Assembly: GCA_035532785.1 (NCBI GenBank)
Contig: DATKQJ010000027.1
Coordinates: 1,886 to 65,885, forward strand
Reading direction: 5' to 3'
DNA: 64,000 nt
Origin: Candidatus Acidiferrales bacterium
GTDB taxonomy: Bacteria; Chloroflexota; Dormibacteria; Dormibacterales; Dormibacteraceae
Part shown: in pieces, positions 8,988 through 18,435 of the stretch
How the letters are laid out: the number at the start of each line of letters is the position of its first letter
How positions within the stretch are numbered: the first letter of the stretch is position 1
Translations under genes and position numbers: made by a program
The notes under the pieces: model-generated
Databases searched by the model: none
What the model saw: only the letters and a program-made list of their open reading frames with translations
What the model was told of the DNA's origin: nothing

Positions 8988-11372
8988 CTAGGAGCGGCTC
9001 AAATTCCAGAGCCGCTCTAGGGTGAAGGGAAAGACGACTGTGTCGGAACCACGTCCGCCCAGGGCGTCATAGATGGCGCCGGCCAAGGCGGCGGGGGCGC
9101 CGATGGCCCCGGCCTCGCCAATACCCTTGGTCCCCAGTGGGCTGAATGGTGAGGGGGTCTCGAGGAGAGCGGTGCTGAACTCGGGCACCTCCAAAGCGGA
9201 CGGTATCAGGTAGTCCAGAAAGCTGGTCGTTGTGGGTTGGCCATCGGCGTCGTGGATGACCTCCTCCAGCAGCGCCTGCCCCAGGCCCTGAACGGCGCCG
9301 CCCACCACCTGACCCTCAGCCAACAGGGGGTTGATGATGCGCCCCGCGTCATCGACGGCGGTCACGCTGAGAACGTCGATGTGGCCGGTGCTACGGTCGA
9401 TGGCCACCACCGCCACGTACACCCCCAGGGAGACAACGAATCCGGGCAGGGTGAAGCGGCAGGTCGCCTCCAGCCCCGGCTCCTGATCCTCCGGCAGTGA
9501 CTCCGGACTGTGGGCGATCTCGGCCAGTTCCTCCAAGGTCAGCGAGCGCGCATCGCCCCCGACCGCGCTGACCCGTCCATCTGCCCACACCACCCGATCG
9601 GCCGACAGGGCATGGGCGGCAATCCGGTCCAGTTTCACCTTCACGGCCCGGGCCGCCTCCCACACCGCGGACCCGCCCACGGTGGTGGCCCGGCTCCCGA
9701 ACGTGCCCACCCCCATCGCCCCAAATCCGGAGTCTCCCTCCTCGATTCGAATCGCTTCCAGGGGCAGGGAGAGGGCGTCCGAGGCGATCTGCGCGAAGGT
9801 CGTCTCGTGACCCTGGCCGCTGGAGGTTGAGCCGGACTGGACCACGACCCGGCCATCGGCGGTGATTCGTACCGTGGCCGCCTCCCAGAGCCCTGTGCCC
9901 GACCTCTCCACAGTGGCCGAGATTCCGATACCGAGGCTCTGGTCGGGATTCCAGTCACGCTGCCGCTCCCGCCAGCGACCGTATTCGGACAGTTCCAGGG
10001 CTCGGTCCAGGACCTGCTCGTAATCGCCGGAGTCGTAGGTCATGCCGACCGGGGTCAAGTACGGAAAGGCGCCGGGGGGAATCAGGTTGCGACGGCGCAA
10101 TTCCGCCGGGTCCAGCCTCAATTCGCGCGCCGCCAGATCAACCAGTCCTTCCATGATCACTCCGGCCTCGGGTCGCCCCGCGCCCCTATAGGGTCCGGTG
10201 GGGACCTTGTTGGTAGCCATGCCGAGCACCTCCACGGAGGCGGCGGGAACCGAGTAGGGACCAGCCAGCAACCCCGAAGTGGTGAGGGAGATGGTGGCCG
10301 TGTTAAGGACCATGTAGGCGCCGAAATCGGCCCGCAGGCGGGCCCTGATCCCGAGCATGCGGCCTTGCCCATCCAGCGCCAGTTCCGCCTCCGAGATCAT
10401 GCCCCGACCCTGGTAGGCACCCAGGAAGTTGGACTGCCTGTCCTCCACCCACTTCACCGGCCTTCCGGTCCGCATCGAGAGCACGGCCGCCGCCACCGTC
10501 TCAGAGGGCACCGGGCCCTTGCTGCCGAACGCTCCGCCGACGTCCGGCACAATCACCCGGACCCGGTCCAGGGGCAGATCCAGGTATTCCGAGAGCTGGG
10601 CACGAGGTCGGTGCTGGTCCTGACTTGAAATCCAGACCGTCAGCGCACCACTTGCCTGGTCGTAGGACGCGATCGACCCTCGCACCTCCATTGGCGCCGC
10701 CACCAAGCGCGGCATCACGACCCGCTGCCGCACCACGTGGGTCGCGCTGCGGAAGGCCTGCTCGGGGTCCCCTCCCGAGACCCGCCATCGCATCAAGACG
10801 TTGTCGGGAACTAAATCGTGGACCGTCAAGCCGGGGTCAGCGGCGTGCTCGAAGTCCATGACCGGGCGCTGGGCGTCTATTTCCAGCACCACCGCCGCCG
10901 CACCGTCGGCCGCCGCGGCACGCGTCTCTGCCAGGACCGCCGCCACCGGCTCCCCCACGTATCGGACCGCGTTCAGAGCCAGCACCGGGTGGCCCGCCTC
11001 GGCGATTTCGGCCGAGGCCGGGTGAATGAAGCGCAGCGTTCGCTCCGGAAGCGGAAGGTCGGAGGCGGTGAGCACGGCTACGACACCGTCCATCGCCAGC
11101 GCCGAAGCCCCGTCAACGCTCCTCAGTACGCCCCTGGCCACGGGGCTTCGGACCACGGACATGAAAAGCATGTCGGGAAAGGTCAGGTCGTCGATGAAGT
11201 GCCCGGATCCGGTTACGAGGCGGGCGTCCTCGTAGCGCCGCAGCCCCGCCCCGATCGCTAACCCGGCGTCCGAGGCGGCCGCCTCAGGAGCCGGCGCGGG
11301 TACGGACATCAGCTGGTCACGCCCCTGCCGCCCCGCCGCCGGCGGGACGCCGCGGGCTTCGTCCGAATCCAC
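8988..11372 (-). CDS. xanthine dehydrogenase/aldehyde oxidase family molybdopterin-binding (large) subunit
   Basis: 794-aa ORF. N-terminal IGAGLRRYEDARLVTGSGHFIDD, central GGAFGSKG, TGPYRGAGRPEAG and C-terminal GIGEAGAIGAPAA are hallmarks of the Mo-hydroxylase large subunit. Start is uncertain (GTG 11372 or ATG 11309). Confidence 0.9.
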   Translation of the reverse strand: MDSDEARGVPPAAGRQGRDQLMSVPAPAPEAAASDAGLAIGAGLRRYEDARLVTGSGHFIDDLTFPDMLFMSVVRSPVARGVLRSVDGASALAMDGVVAVLTASDLPLPERTLRFIHPASAEIAEAGHPVLALNAVRYVGEPVAAVLAETRAAAADGAAAVVLEIDAQRPVMDFEHAADPGLTVHDLVPDNVLMRWRVSGGDPEQAFRSATHVVRQRVVMPRLVAAPMEVRGSIASYDQASGALTVWISSQDQHRPRAQLSEYLDLPLDRVRVIVPDVGGAFGSKGPVPSETVAAAVLSMRTGRPVKWVEDRQSNFLGAYQGRGMISEAELALDGQGRMLGIRARLRADFGAYMVLNTATISLTTSGLLAGPYSVPAASVEVLGMATNKVPTGPYRGAGRPEAGVIMEGLVDLAARELRLDPAELRRRNLIPPGAFPYLTPVGMTYDSGDYEQVLDRALELSEYGRWRERQRDWNPDQSLGIGISATVERSGTGLWEAATVRITADGRVVVQSGSTSSGQGHETTFAQIASDALSLPLEAIRIEEGDSGFGAMGVGTFGSRATTVGGSAVWEAARAVKVKLDRIAAHALSADRVVWADGRVSAVGGDARSLTLEELAEIAHSPESLPEDQEPGLEATCRFTLPGFVVSLGVYVAVVAIDRSTGHIDVLSVTAVDDAGRIINPLLAEGQVVGGAVQGLGQALLEEVIHDADGQPTTTSFLDYLIPSALEVPEFSTALLETPSPFSPLGTKGIGEAGAIGAPAALAGAIYDALGGRGSDTVVFPFTLERLWNLSRS

Positions 11373-11450
11373 TCACACAAGCTGGGCTCTAACTCCATCA
11401 CGCCTGACCGGCATCATAACGGAGCCGATTCACCGGACCGGGCCGAATCG

Positions 11451-11471
11451 CATCGCGGCTCGGCCGCGATG
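11451..11471. promoter_or_regulatory. perfect 9-bp-arm palindrome overlapping the gntR-like start codon
   Basis: catcgcggc-tcg-gccgcgatg. The right arm contains the ATG at 11469. It lies in the ~100-bp divergent region between the Mo-hydroxylase operon and the GntR gene. Confidence 0.25.
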
Positions 11472-12170
11472 TATGTTGATCTGGTGTCGACAAGCCCTGC
11501 GGCAGGACGTCCCGCGGAGTCGTTGCGACAGCGGGTTTACACCAGCCTCAAGGACGCGGTGCTGAGCGGAGAACTGAAGCCGGGCGAGATCGTGAGCGAA
11601 ATCGAGATCGCGCGGCGCTGGGAAATCAGCCGGGCCCCGATTCGTGAGGCCATTCGCCAACTCGAGCAGGAGAATCTGGTCCGGTCCAGCCCCCGGCGCA
11701 GCGCGACCGTGGTCGGGATCACCGCCGCCAGCGTTCGTGACCTGTACGAGGTGCGCATGTCACTGGAGGGTCTGAGCGCCAGGCTGGTCGCCGAGCGTTC
11801 CGTGACGCAGGAGATCGACCACCTCGACAGCCTCGCCGACTCGGTCGAACGAAGCCACAGCGATGGGGACTATCGGGCTGCCATTCGGGCCGATGACGAA
11901 CTCCACCGCAAGATGGCCTCCATGACTCGCAACCGGGTCCTGGAGACCCAGATCATGCGTGTCATGGACCGCCTGATGATGGCTCGGATGATGGTCCGGC
12001 AGATCCCGGGCCGGCTCGAAGACATAGTCGACGAGCATCGGGCGATCCTCGTCGCATTGCGCACCCACGACGGCGATGCCGCCGCCCAGGCGTGCACGAC
12101 CCACGTGCAGAACGCTGGCGAGCGCCTGACGGAAATGCTGATCAAATCGTCGGTCGACGATGAGGTCTAG
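11469..12170 (+). CDS. GntR family transcriptional regulator (FadR/FCD-type C-terminal domain)
   Basis: LRQRVYTSLKDAVLSGELKPGEIVSEIEIARRWEISRAPIREAIRQLEQENLV is the canonical GntR winged HTH. It is followed by an all-helical ~150-aa effector domain. Confidence 0.9.
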   Translation: MYVDLVSTSPAAGRPAESLRQRVYTSLKDAVLSGELKPGEIVSEIEIARRWEISRAPIREAIRQLEQENLVRSSPRRSATVVGITAASVRDLYEVRMSLEGLSARLVAERSVTQEIDHLDSLADSVERSHSDGDYRAAIRADDELHRKMASMTRNRVLETQIMRVMDRLMMARMMVRQIPGRLEDIVDEHRAILVALRTHDGDAAAQACTTHVQNAGERLTEMLIKSSVDDEV

Positions 12171-12200
12171 GCGATCCCACCCGGCTCGGTTGAGCGGCCG

Positions 12201-13283
12201 ATGACACCCGTGGTCGCCGCCAGATCAGGACCGCGAGAAGACGCGGAGCGCTTCCCGATTCCCCACCTGGAGGCGTTCGTCGCCACCATCCTGACCGCCG
12301 CCGAGCTACCGCCCGCGGACGCGCAGACGGTCGCCCGCCTGATGGTGTCGGCTGACGCCCGAGGAGCCGACGGCCACGGCGTCTTCAGACTCCCCCAATA
12401 CGTCCAGCGCATCCAGGCGGGTGGAATCAACCGGCATCCTCAGATGCGCCTGGTTCAGGACCATCCCGCCACCGCACTCCTCGACGGCGACAACGGGATG
12501 GGCCATCTGGTGATGAGCCGGGCGGCCGCAGTCGCCATGGAAAAGTCGGCCTCAACCGGGATCGGGTGGGTCGGGGTGCGCTACAGCAACCACGCCGGGC
12601 CGGCCGCCATGTACGCCGCCATGCCGCTCGAAAAGAACATGATCGGTCTCTATCTGGCCATCGGCAACGCCAATCACATGGCCCCCTGGGGCGGCACTGA
12701 GTTGCTCCTCAGCACCAACCCGATCGCGATCGCGGTTCCGGCTGGCACCCACCCGCCGGTGATTCTGGACATGGCCACCAGCGTCGCGGCCTTTGGCAAG
12801 GTCAAGCGCAAACTCCAGGATGGGGAGCCGCTTCCGCTGGGCTGGATGATCGACGGCATGGGTCAGCCCCTGACCGACCCCGCCCACGCTCACGACGGCT
12901 CACTGCTGCCCATCGGCGGCCCCAAGGGCTATGGCCTGGCGCTGATGATCGGATTGCTCGCGGGCACCCTCAACGGAGCGGCTTTCGGGCGCGAAGTCGT
13001 CGACTTCAACGCGGACTCCCATTCCATAACCAACACCGGGCACTGCGTCGTGGCCATCGACGTCGCTCGGTTCATGGACCTGGACGCCTTCAAGGCGGCG
13101 GTAGACGCGGTCTGCGAGCAGATTCACGGCTCACCCACCCTGCCGGGGGCCGAGATCAGGATTCCCGGCGAGCATTCCGCCGCGCTGGTGGCCGAGAGTC
13201 GCGAACTCGGCGTACCCCTGGCTCCGGCGGTGGTGCGCCAACTCGAACTGATGGCGGCCGAATTCGGGGTGAACCCGCTCTGA
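12201..13283 (+). CDS. Ldh_2 family (malate/L-lactate/ureidoglycolate dehydrogenase type 2) oxidoreductase
   Basis: DARGADGHGVFRLPQYVQRIQAGGIN, SNHAGPAAMYA, STNPIAIAVPA and GGPKGYGLALMIGLLAG match Ldh_2 family signatures. Confidence 0.85.
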   Translation: MTPVVAARSGPREDAERFPIPHLEAFVATILTAAELPPADAQTVARLMVSADARGADGHGVFRLPQYVQRIQAGGINRHPQMRLVQDHPATALLDGDNGMGHLVMSRAAAVAMEKSASTGIGWVGVRYSNHAGPAAMYAAMPLEKNMIGLYLAIGNANHMAPWGGTELLLSTNPIAIAVPAGTHPPVILDMATSVAAFGKVKRKLQDGEPLPLGWMIDGMGQPLTDPAHAHDGSLLPIGGPKGYGLALMIGLLAGTLNGAAFGREVVDFNADSHSITNTGHCVVAIDVARFMDLDAFKAAVDAVCEQIHGSPTLPGAEIRIPGEHSAALVAESRELGVPLAPAVVRQLELMAAEFGVNPL

Positions 13284-13302
13284 GGGCCCCCAGGGAGTCA
13301 CC

Positions 13303-13734
13303 TTGAGTCAGCACCCCAGCGCCCCCTCGCTCCTCATCCGTCCGGAGGCGGTCGAAGTATTCGATCGCGGCAACGGAGTCGTCACCACCCCCTATGTGGG
13401 GAAGTGGAATTCGCAGGTTAATTCCGTCACCACCGGCGTCACCGCGTTTGCTCCCGGCACCGCAATTCCGCTCCACACCCACAACGTGGAGGAGTCGGTG
13501 CTGGTGATCGAAGGGGAGGCGACCGCCGTCATCGGCGAGGAAGAGTTCGAGCTGAACCTTGGGGACGCCACCTGGGTGCCAGCGGACCTACCACATCGTT
13601 TCATCAACCGCGGTGCTGGCCGCATGCGAATCTACTGGGTCTACGGCGGACGCGACGTGACCCGCACAATGTGCGCGACCGGGAAAACCGTGGCCCACCT
13701 CTCGGACCAGGATCGGGGCGCGACCGGCGCCTGA
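13303..13734 (+). CDS. cupin domain protein (143 aa)
   Basis: TTG start 5 nt after AGGGAG. PGTAIPLHTHNVEESVLVIEGEA...GDATWVPADLPHRFINRG gives cupin motif 1 (HxH..E) and motif 2 (H). Confidence 0.75.
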   Translation: MSQHPSAPSLLIRPEAVEVFDRGNGVVTTPYVGKWNSQVNSVTTGVTAFAPGTAIPLHTHNVEESVLVIEGEATAVIGEEEFELNLGDATWVPADLPHRFINRGAGRMRIYWVYGGRDVTRTMCATGKTVAHLSDQDRGATGA

Positions 13735-13749
13735 CGCGCGAGCGTCACT

Positions 13750-15120
13750 TCAGACCGCGGGGCCCACCCACACCGTCTGCACATTGGTGAATTCCCTGAT
13801 TCCAAACTCGGACAGTTCGCGCCCGTAGCCCGACCTCTTGACGCCGCCGAAGGGTAGCCGCGGATCAGAGGCAACGAGGCCGTTCACGAACACCAATCCA
13901 GCCTCGATGCGACTCGAGATTCGTTCGCCGCGGTCGGCGCTGGTGAAGATGGCGGCACCCAAACCGTATTGGGAATCGTTGGCCACCGCGATCGCCTCCT
14001 CCTCGTCGCGTACACGCAGCAGCGCCGCCAGCGGTCCGAAGGTCTCCTCCCGCATGATGGGGAATTCACGAGTCGGCACGGCTGCTACCGTGGGCTGGAA
14101 GTAGAAGCCGGGCCCGGGCAGGGCCTCTCCCCCCACCAGGCCGGAGGCGCCGGTGGCGAGCGAGCGCCGGAGCTGATCCTGCAGGGTCTGAATCAGATCC
14201 CGGCGCGCCAACGGTCCCACCTCGGTGCTCTCATCCATCGGGTCGCCGACCTTGAGCGCGGCGACCTTGGCGCAGAGGAGGCGCTGGAACTCATCAGCCA
14301 CGGCGTCCACGACGATGAATCGTTTGGCGGCGATGCAGGACTGACCGTTGTTCTGATTGCGGGCCCGGCAGGCCACCGTGGCCGCGAGCTCCACGTCAGC
14401 GTCCTCGAGCACGATGAAGGGATCCGACCCGCCCAATTCGAGCACGCACTTCTTCAAAACGCTCCCCGCCGTGGCCGCCACCTTGGCGCCGGCCGCCTCC
14501 GAGCCGGTGAGCGTGATGGCGGTAACGCGCTCATCCAAGATCACCCTCTCCACGGCCGCCGAGCCGATCATGAGGGTTTGAAAAACCCCTTCCGGAAGGC
14601 CCGCTTCGACGAATACCCGCTCGATCGCAAGCGCGCACTGGGGCACGTTGGAGGCGTGTTTCAAGAGGCCGACGTTGCCCGCCATTAGGGCCGGAAGCGC
14701 AGCCCGCATGGCCTGCCAGAAGGGAAAATTCCAGGGCATGACCGCCAACACGACACCCAGCGGCAGGAACTGGACCAGGCTGCGGGTGGCGTTGCTCGGC
14801 AGGGCACTTGGGGTGAGCATCCGCTCCCCCTGCTCGGCGAAATAATCCGCCGCCAGGGCACACTTCTCAACCTCGCCCCGGGCCTCCCGGATCGGCTTGC
14901 CCATCTCATCGGTGGCCAGCTGGGCGAGACGGTCCCGATCCCGCCGCAGCTGCGCCGCGACCGCCGCTAGGTGGGCCGACCGAGTTCCAAAGGAGGTCCG
15001 GCGCCAACCAACGAACGCCTTCCGGGCAAGCTCCAACTTGCCCTCCAGGATCGACTCAGAATCCTCCTCGAAACGAGCCAACTCGCGCTCGGTGGCGGGG
15101 TTGACTGAGATTATGGTCAT
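13750..15120 (-). CDS. NAD(P)-dependent aldehyde dehydrogenase (succinate-semialdehyde dehydrogenase-like)
   Basis: MTIISVNPATERELARFEE, FPFWQ, ELGGSDPFIV (catalytic Glu region), NNGQSCIAAKRF (catalytic Cys) and EETFGP. ATG at 15120 has GGGAGG 7 nt upstream. Confidence 0.9.
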   Translation of the reverse strand: MTIISVNPATERELARFEEDSESILEGKLELARKAFVGWRRTSFGTRSAHLAAVAAQLRRDRDRLAQLATDEMGKPIREARGEVEKCALAADYFAEQGERMLTPSALPSNATRSLVQFLPLGVVLAVMPWNFPFWQAMRAALPALMAGNVGLLKHASNVPQCALAIERVFVEAGLPEGVFQTLMIGSAAVERVILDERVTAITLTGSEAAGAKVAATAGSVLKKCVLELGGSDPFIVLEDADVELAATVACRARNQNNGQSCIAAKRFIVVDAVADEFQRLLCAKVAALKVGDPMDESTEVGPLARRDLIQTLQDQLRRSLATGASGLVGGEALPGPGFYFQPTVAAVPTREFPIMREETFGPLAALLRVRDEEEAIAVANDSQYGLGAAIFTSADRGERISSRIEAGLVFVNGLVASDPRLPFGGVKRSGYGRELSEFGIREFTNVQTVWVGPAV

Positions 15121-15280
15121 GTTCGGACCTCCCAATTGTCGCGTCGAGTGGCGGTGGTGCGATGCGGCGTTGCGACCCTGATTCGGCCATCTTCGGCCAT
15201 TTGGACATCGCCTCGGCGGCGGCTGCGGGCGGCGCCCAGGGAGCGGACTCGGGCGGCCGCCGGGGTTGCCGAGGTGGAGC

Positions 15281-16252
15281 TCATCGGGGCGGCTGGCGCA
15301 GGCAAATCGGCAGCGAAGGCAGCTGCTGGAGGATCGACCGCGAGATCATGGCGTGCACCCCCTTCTGGATGTTTACGAGCTGCGTTATATGCAGGTCGAC
15401 GCAAAAGCTGGCCATGCGCAAGCCATCGTTGAAGGGCAGGTCGCACTCTCGCTCCAACACCTCCAACATCGATCCCAGCGCCAGCCGCGCGGCCTCGTCC
15501 AGATCTTCGTGGAAGGCCAGGGTGATGAAGTGTGTGGGAGTGACGACGAGGGGATAGACGGTGCTCAGGTCACGCCTTACGGTGACCCGGAACTCTCCCT
15601 CCAGTGGCGTTTCGACGGCGCTTAGGGAGACCTCACCGTCGCCCTGGAGCCCGTGCCCGTCACCGATACTGAGAAGGGCGCCGGCCACGTGGACGGGGAG
15701 GAAGAGGCTGGTCCCGCGACCCAGTTCCTTGAGGTCGATGTTGCCCCCGTGCACCCGGGGCTCCGCGCTGCCGATGCGCCCGAAACCGGGCGGAGGGGCA
15801 ACTCCGATGTTGCCGAAGAAGGGTGCCGAATCGGCCCAGACCCCGGGCAGCACCTCGATCCGGCCGCTCTCAAGGTCGATTGGAATCATCCAGCGCGTGG
15901 GGTGCTCGACGCGACGGGTGTAGATGCCCTTAAGGGGATCTAGATTCGAGTAGCCGAAGGGGCTGCGCAGGCGCACGTCCAGGACATCGATCTGTAATAC
16001 ATCGCCGGGAGTGGCCCCCACCACCGAAATCGGACCGGTCAGGATGTGGGCGCCGGGACCCTTGTCGGTCACCTGCCGATGAATGGCCACCGCCTCGGCG
16101 GATAGGTAGCGGCCGGGCTCGGGATCCCAGACCAGCCCGGATGTGCTCTGAAGTCGAAAGGTCTCGCCGCTTTGGACCTCCCCGATGGGGGGCTGCCGGG
16201 CATCATAAAAGCCCCACTGCACGTGCTCCGGACGGGGGCTAAATGTCTGCAT
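15281..16252 (-). CDS. acetamidase/formamidase (FmdA/AmdA) family protein
   Basis: GPISVVGATPGDVLQIDVLDV and HGGNIDLKELGRGTSLFLPVHVAGALLSIGDGHGLQGDGEVS are typical of the family. ATG at 16252 (MQTFSPRPEHVQWGF) has GGAGGAG upstream. The longer track ORF start (16360) is Arg/Pro-rich. Confidence 0.85.
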   Translation of the reverse strand: MQTFSPRPEHVQWGFYDARQPPIGEVQSGETFRLQSTSGLVWDPEPGRYLSAEAVAIHRQVTDKGPGAHILTGPISVVGATPGDVLQIDVLDVRLRSPFGYSNLDPLKGIYTRRVEHPTRWMIPIDLESGRIEVLPGVWADSAPFFGNIGVAPPPGFGRIGSAEPRVHGGNIDLKELGRGTSLFLPVHVAGALLSIGDGHGLQGDGEVSLSAVETPLEGEFRVTVRRDLSTVYPLVVTPTHFITLAFHEDLDEAARLALGSMLEVLERECDLPFNDGLRMASFCVDLHITQLVNIQKGVHAMISRSILQQLPSLPICLRQPPR

Positions 16253-16411
16253 CGCGCTTGCCACTCCTCCGTTCACCACTGGATCTGCACTCTCCGATTC
16301 GAGCGCCCGGGCGAGTCCGCACCGCGGAGCCGGGCGGGGACCACCTGGTCTCTGCCACAACCGCCGCCCGGCCCGACGGTAGCGCCGGCGGCGGAGGTGA
16401 CCAACCCCGCC

Positions 16412-17452
16412 TCACGCACCGTCGCCGGTCGGGGATGCCGGGGCCTTTGCCCGCCGCGCCGGTTTGCTCTTGGGAGGCTGCTCTGGAACCCGTTCAGCGA
16501 TCTGGTACTGCGGTGAACGAACCGTGAGCGTAAAAACGTCGGCCCGATTGTAGTGGCCGCTGTAATCGTGAACCACCTTTGCAGCCACACAATCCCCCAG
16601 CTCGATGTCGGCAATGAGAAGGCCTTCCTCGTCACCCGGCATCGGGCCGGCGATGATCGTGCTGCCGGCGCCGACGATGCTCGATCCGCCGCCGTTGAGG
16701 GCGTTGCCGAGAAAGGCGTGGTCGCCCTGGCTGTAGGGAAGCTGCTCCCGAAGATCCTTGGTAATGACGCCGCAGGCGTTGAGTACAAAGCAACTGGCCT
16801 GGTAGGAGAGCGAGAGGGTGTTGAAATGGATCGCCTCGGCCATGGGATGCTCATTGGTCGCGAAGTGGTTGGGCCAGCTGGCGACGTGGATCTGGGTTCC
16901 CTGGGCCGCGAGCGCGAACACCGCCAGCGAATTGGCGTTTTCGCCGCACAGAAGGCCGCTCAGGCGACCGATCGGAGTCGGAAAGACAGGCAACATGTCG
17001 CCCCGCCCGGGAGCGTGTACGATCCTCTCGCCCACCGTCGGCACCAGCTTCTGCCGCTTTCCCAACAGGCGGCCCCCGTCATCGATGAAGAGCTGGGTGT
17101 TGAAGAGCGTGCCGGTGGTCCCCGCCTCCCGCTCACAGACCCCGATCACGACGTAGGTACCCGCCTTCTTCGCCGCCGCCCGAATTGCATCGACCTCGGG
17201 GCCATCGACCTCCACCGCGTTCTCGAAAAGGCGTGCCGACCAGTCGAGGCTCTGCCGGCCGGTGACGGGATGGAAGTGGAACCAGACCGGATGGCCGGGG
17301 ATGAATCCCTCCGGGAAGGCCAACAGTTTCACCTTTTCCCGACCCGCCTGCGCGATCCAATCAAGAGCCCTGTCGAGACAACCGGCGCGATCCAGAAATG
17401 GCCCGCTCGATTGCACCACCGCCACCTTCAACTTGCCGCTCAGCACCTCCAT
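16412..17452 (-). CDS. carbon-nitrogen hydrolase (nitrilase superfamily, nitrilase/cyanide-hydratase-like branch)
   Basis: The Glu-Lys-Cys triad context is visible: LLAFPEGFIPGHP (Glu), KRQKLVPT (Lys), GLLCGENANSL (Cys). A Lys/Pro-rich C-terminal tail follows. Confidence 0.85.
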   Translation of the reverse strand: MEVLSGKLKVAVVQSSGPFLDRAGCLDRALDWIAQAGREKVKLLAFPEGFIPGHPVWFHFHPVTGRQSLDWSARLFENAVEVDGPEVDAIRAAAKKAGTYVVIGVCEREAGTTGTLFNTQLFIDDGGRLLGKRQKLVPTVGERIVHAPGRGDMLPVFPTPIGRLSGLLCGENANSLAVFALAAQGTQIHVASWPNHFATNEHPMAEAIHFNTLSLSYQASCFVLNACGVITKDLREQLPYSQGDHAFLGNALNGGGSSIVGAGSTIIAGPMPGDEEGLLIADIELGDCVAAKVVHDYSGHYNRADVFTLTVRSPQYQIAERVPEQPPKSKPARRAKAPASPTGDGA

Positions 17453-17501
17453 GGCAGCTCAAATCGTAACCGCCCCCGGCGGCCTCCGGAAAAAGTCCGG
17501 C

Positions 17502-18413
17502 CTAGGGCAAATTCAGTCCGGCAATGAGCCCTGCACAGATCGGCTCGAACCGTCGTCCCTCCTCCTCGGTGAAGTCGCGCAGCGGACGCCGAACCGATGC
17601 TCCGATGGGCACGCCGCGCAGCCCCAGGATTCGTTTCAGGGCGGGATGGAAGGGAAATTCCTGGATTCGTTCACGCACCCGTGCGCAGCGCCCGGAGTCG
17701 TCGGCCGAACCCGATGCGACCGCCTTCACGACCAGTTCGGGCAGCGCGGAGGCGAGAGCCGATACCGCACCGGCCGCCCCCTTCTCCATGGCTGCGGAGA
17801 TCAGCGCCTCGGAGCCCACGAAGACGTCGAGCCCCTCCACCAGGTAGGGCGCAAAGCGATCGAAGGGTGCATCCGACACCTTCAGTCCGACCAAGTTGTC
17901 GACCCGCGATCGGAGCCGATCGATCAACTCCGGCGCCACCGCATAGCCGCTCCGGGCGGCGAACTCGTAGAGGTAGAAGGGAACTGGAGCGCAAGCCCGA
18001 GCGGCGCTCGCAAAGTGCTCCACCAGGGAGCGGTCATCGAGCGCGAAGTAGGGCGGACCGATCACCGCCACTCCGCCTGCGCCCGATTGGGCGGCGTGCT
18101 CGGCGAGTTCGACGGTTTCCCGCGTCGTCTGGGCGCCGCAGTGGGCAATGATCGGAACCCGGCCGGCCGCGGCCGCCACAAACAGTTCTGTGACCCGACG
18201 TCGCTCGGCCGCCGACAAGAGGATGCCTTCGCCGGTGGTGCCCATGGCCAGAATCCCGTCCAGGCTGTGGCCGACGAGAAAGTCGACCAGAGCCAGAAAG
18301 GCGCCCTCGTCCAAGCTGTCGCCGCCCTCCTTCAAGGGCGTCACGGCGGCAGCCAGCGCGCCCTTCACAGGGCCCGTCGAGCGCCCTCCATGTTGGGTCG
18401 TCGGCCCGTTCAT
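17502..18413 (-). CDS. dihydrodipicolinate synthase/N-acetylneuraminate lyase family (class I aldolase)
   Basis: GTTGEGILLSAAERRRV, IGPPYFAL and a Schiff-base lysine context LVGLKVSD. Confidence 0.85.
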   Translation of the reverse strand: MNGPTTQHGGRSTGPVKGALAAAVTPLKEGGDSLDEGAFLALVDFLVGHSLDGILAMGTTGEGILLSAAERRRVTELFVAAAAGRVPIIAHCGAQTTRETVELAEHAAQSGAGGVAVIGPPYFALDDRSLVEHFASAARACAPVPFYLYEFAARSGYAVAPELIDRLRSRVDNLVGLKVSDAPFDRFAPYLVEGLDVFVGSEALISAAMEKGAAGAVSALASALPELVVKAVASGSADDSGRCARVRERIQEFPFHPALKRILGLRGVPIGASVRRPLRDFTEEEGRRFEPICAGLIAGLNLP

Positions 18414-18435
18414 TGATCCGCTCCGGCCGCGGGCC

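Noticed and set aside
8988-11372. Possibility that the Mo enzyme is an aerobic CO dehydrogenase (CoxL)
   Set aside because: The active-site loop reads ...GPYRGAGRPE..., not the AYxCSFR signature of form I CoxL. No coxM, coxS or accessory genes are adjacent.
16553-17527. 324-aa plus-strand ORF
   Set aside because: It is antisense to the nitrilase-superfamily gene, which has a clear Glu-Lys-Cys triad. Shadow ORF.
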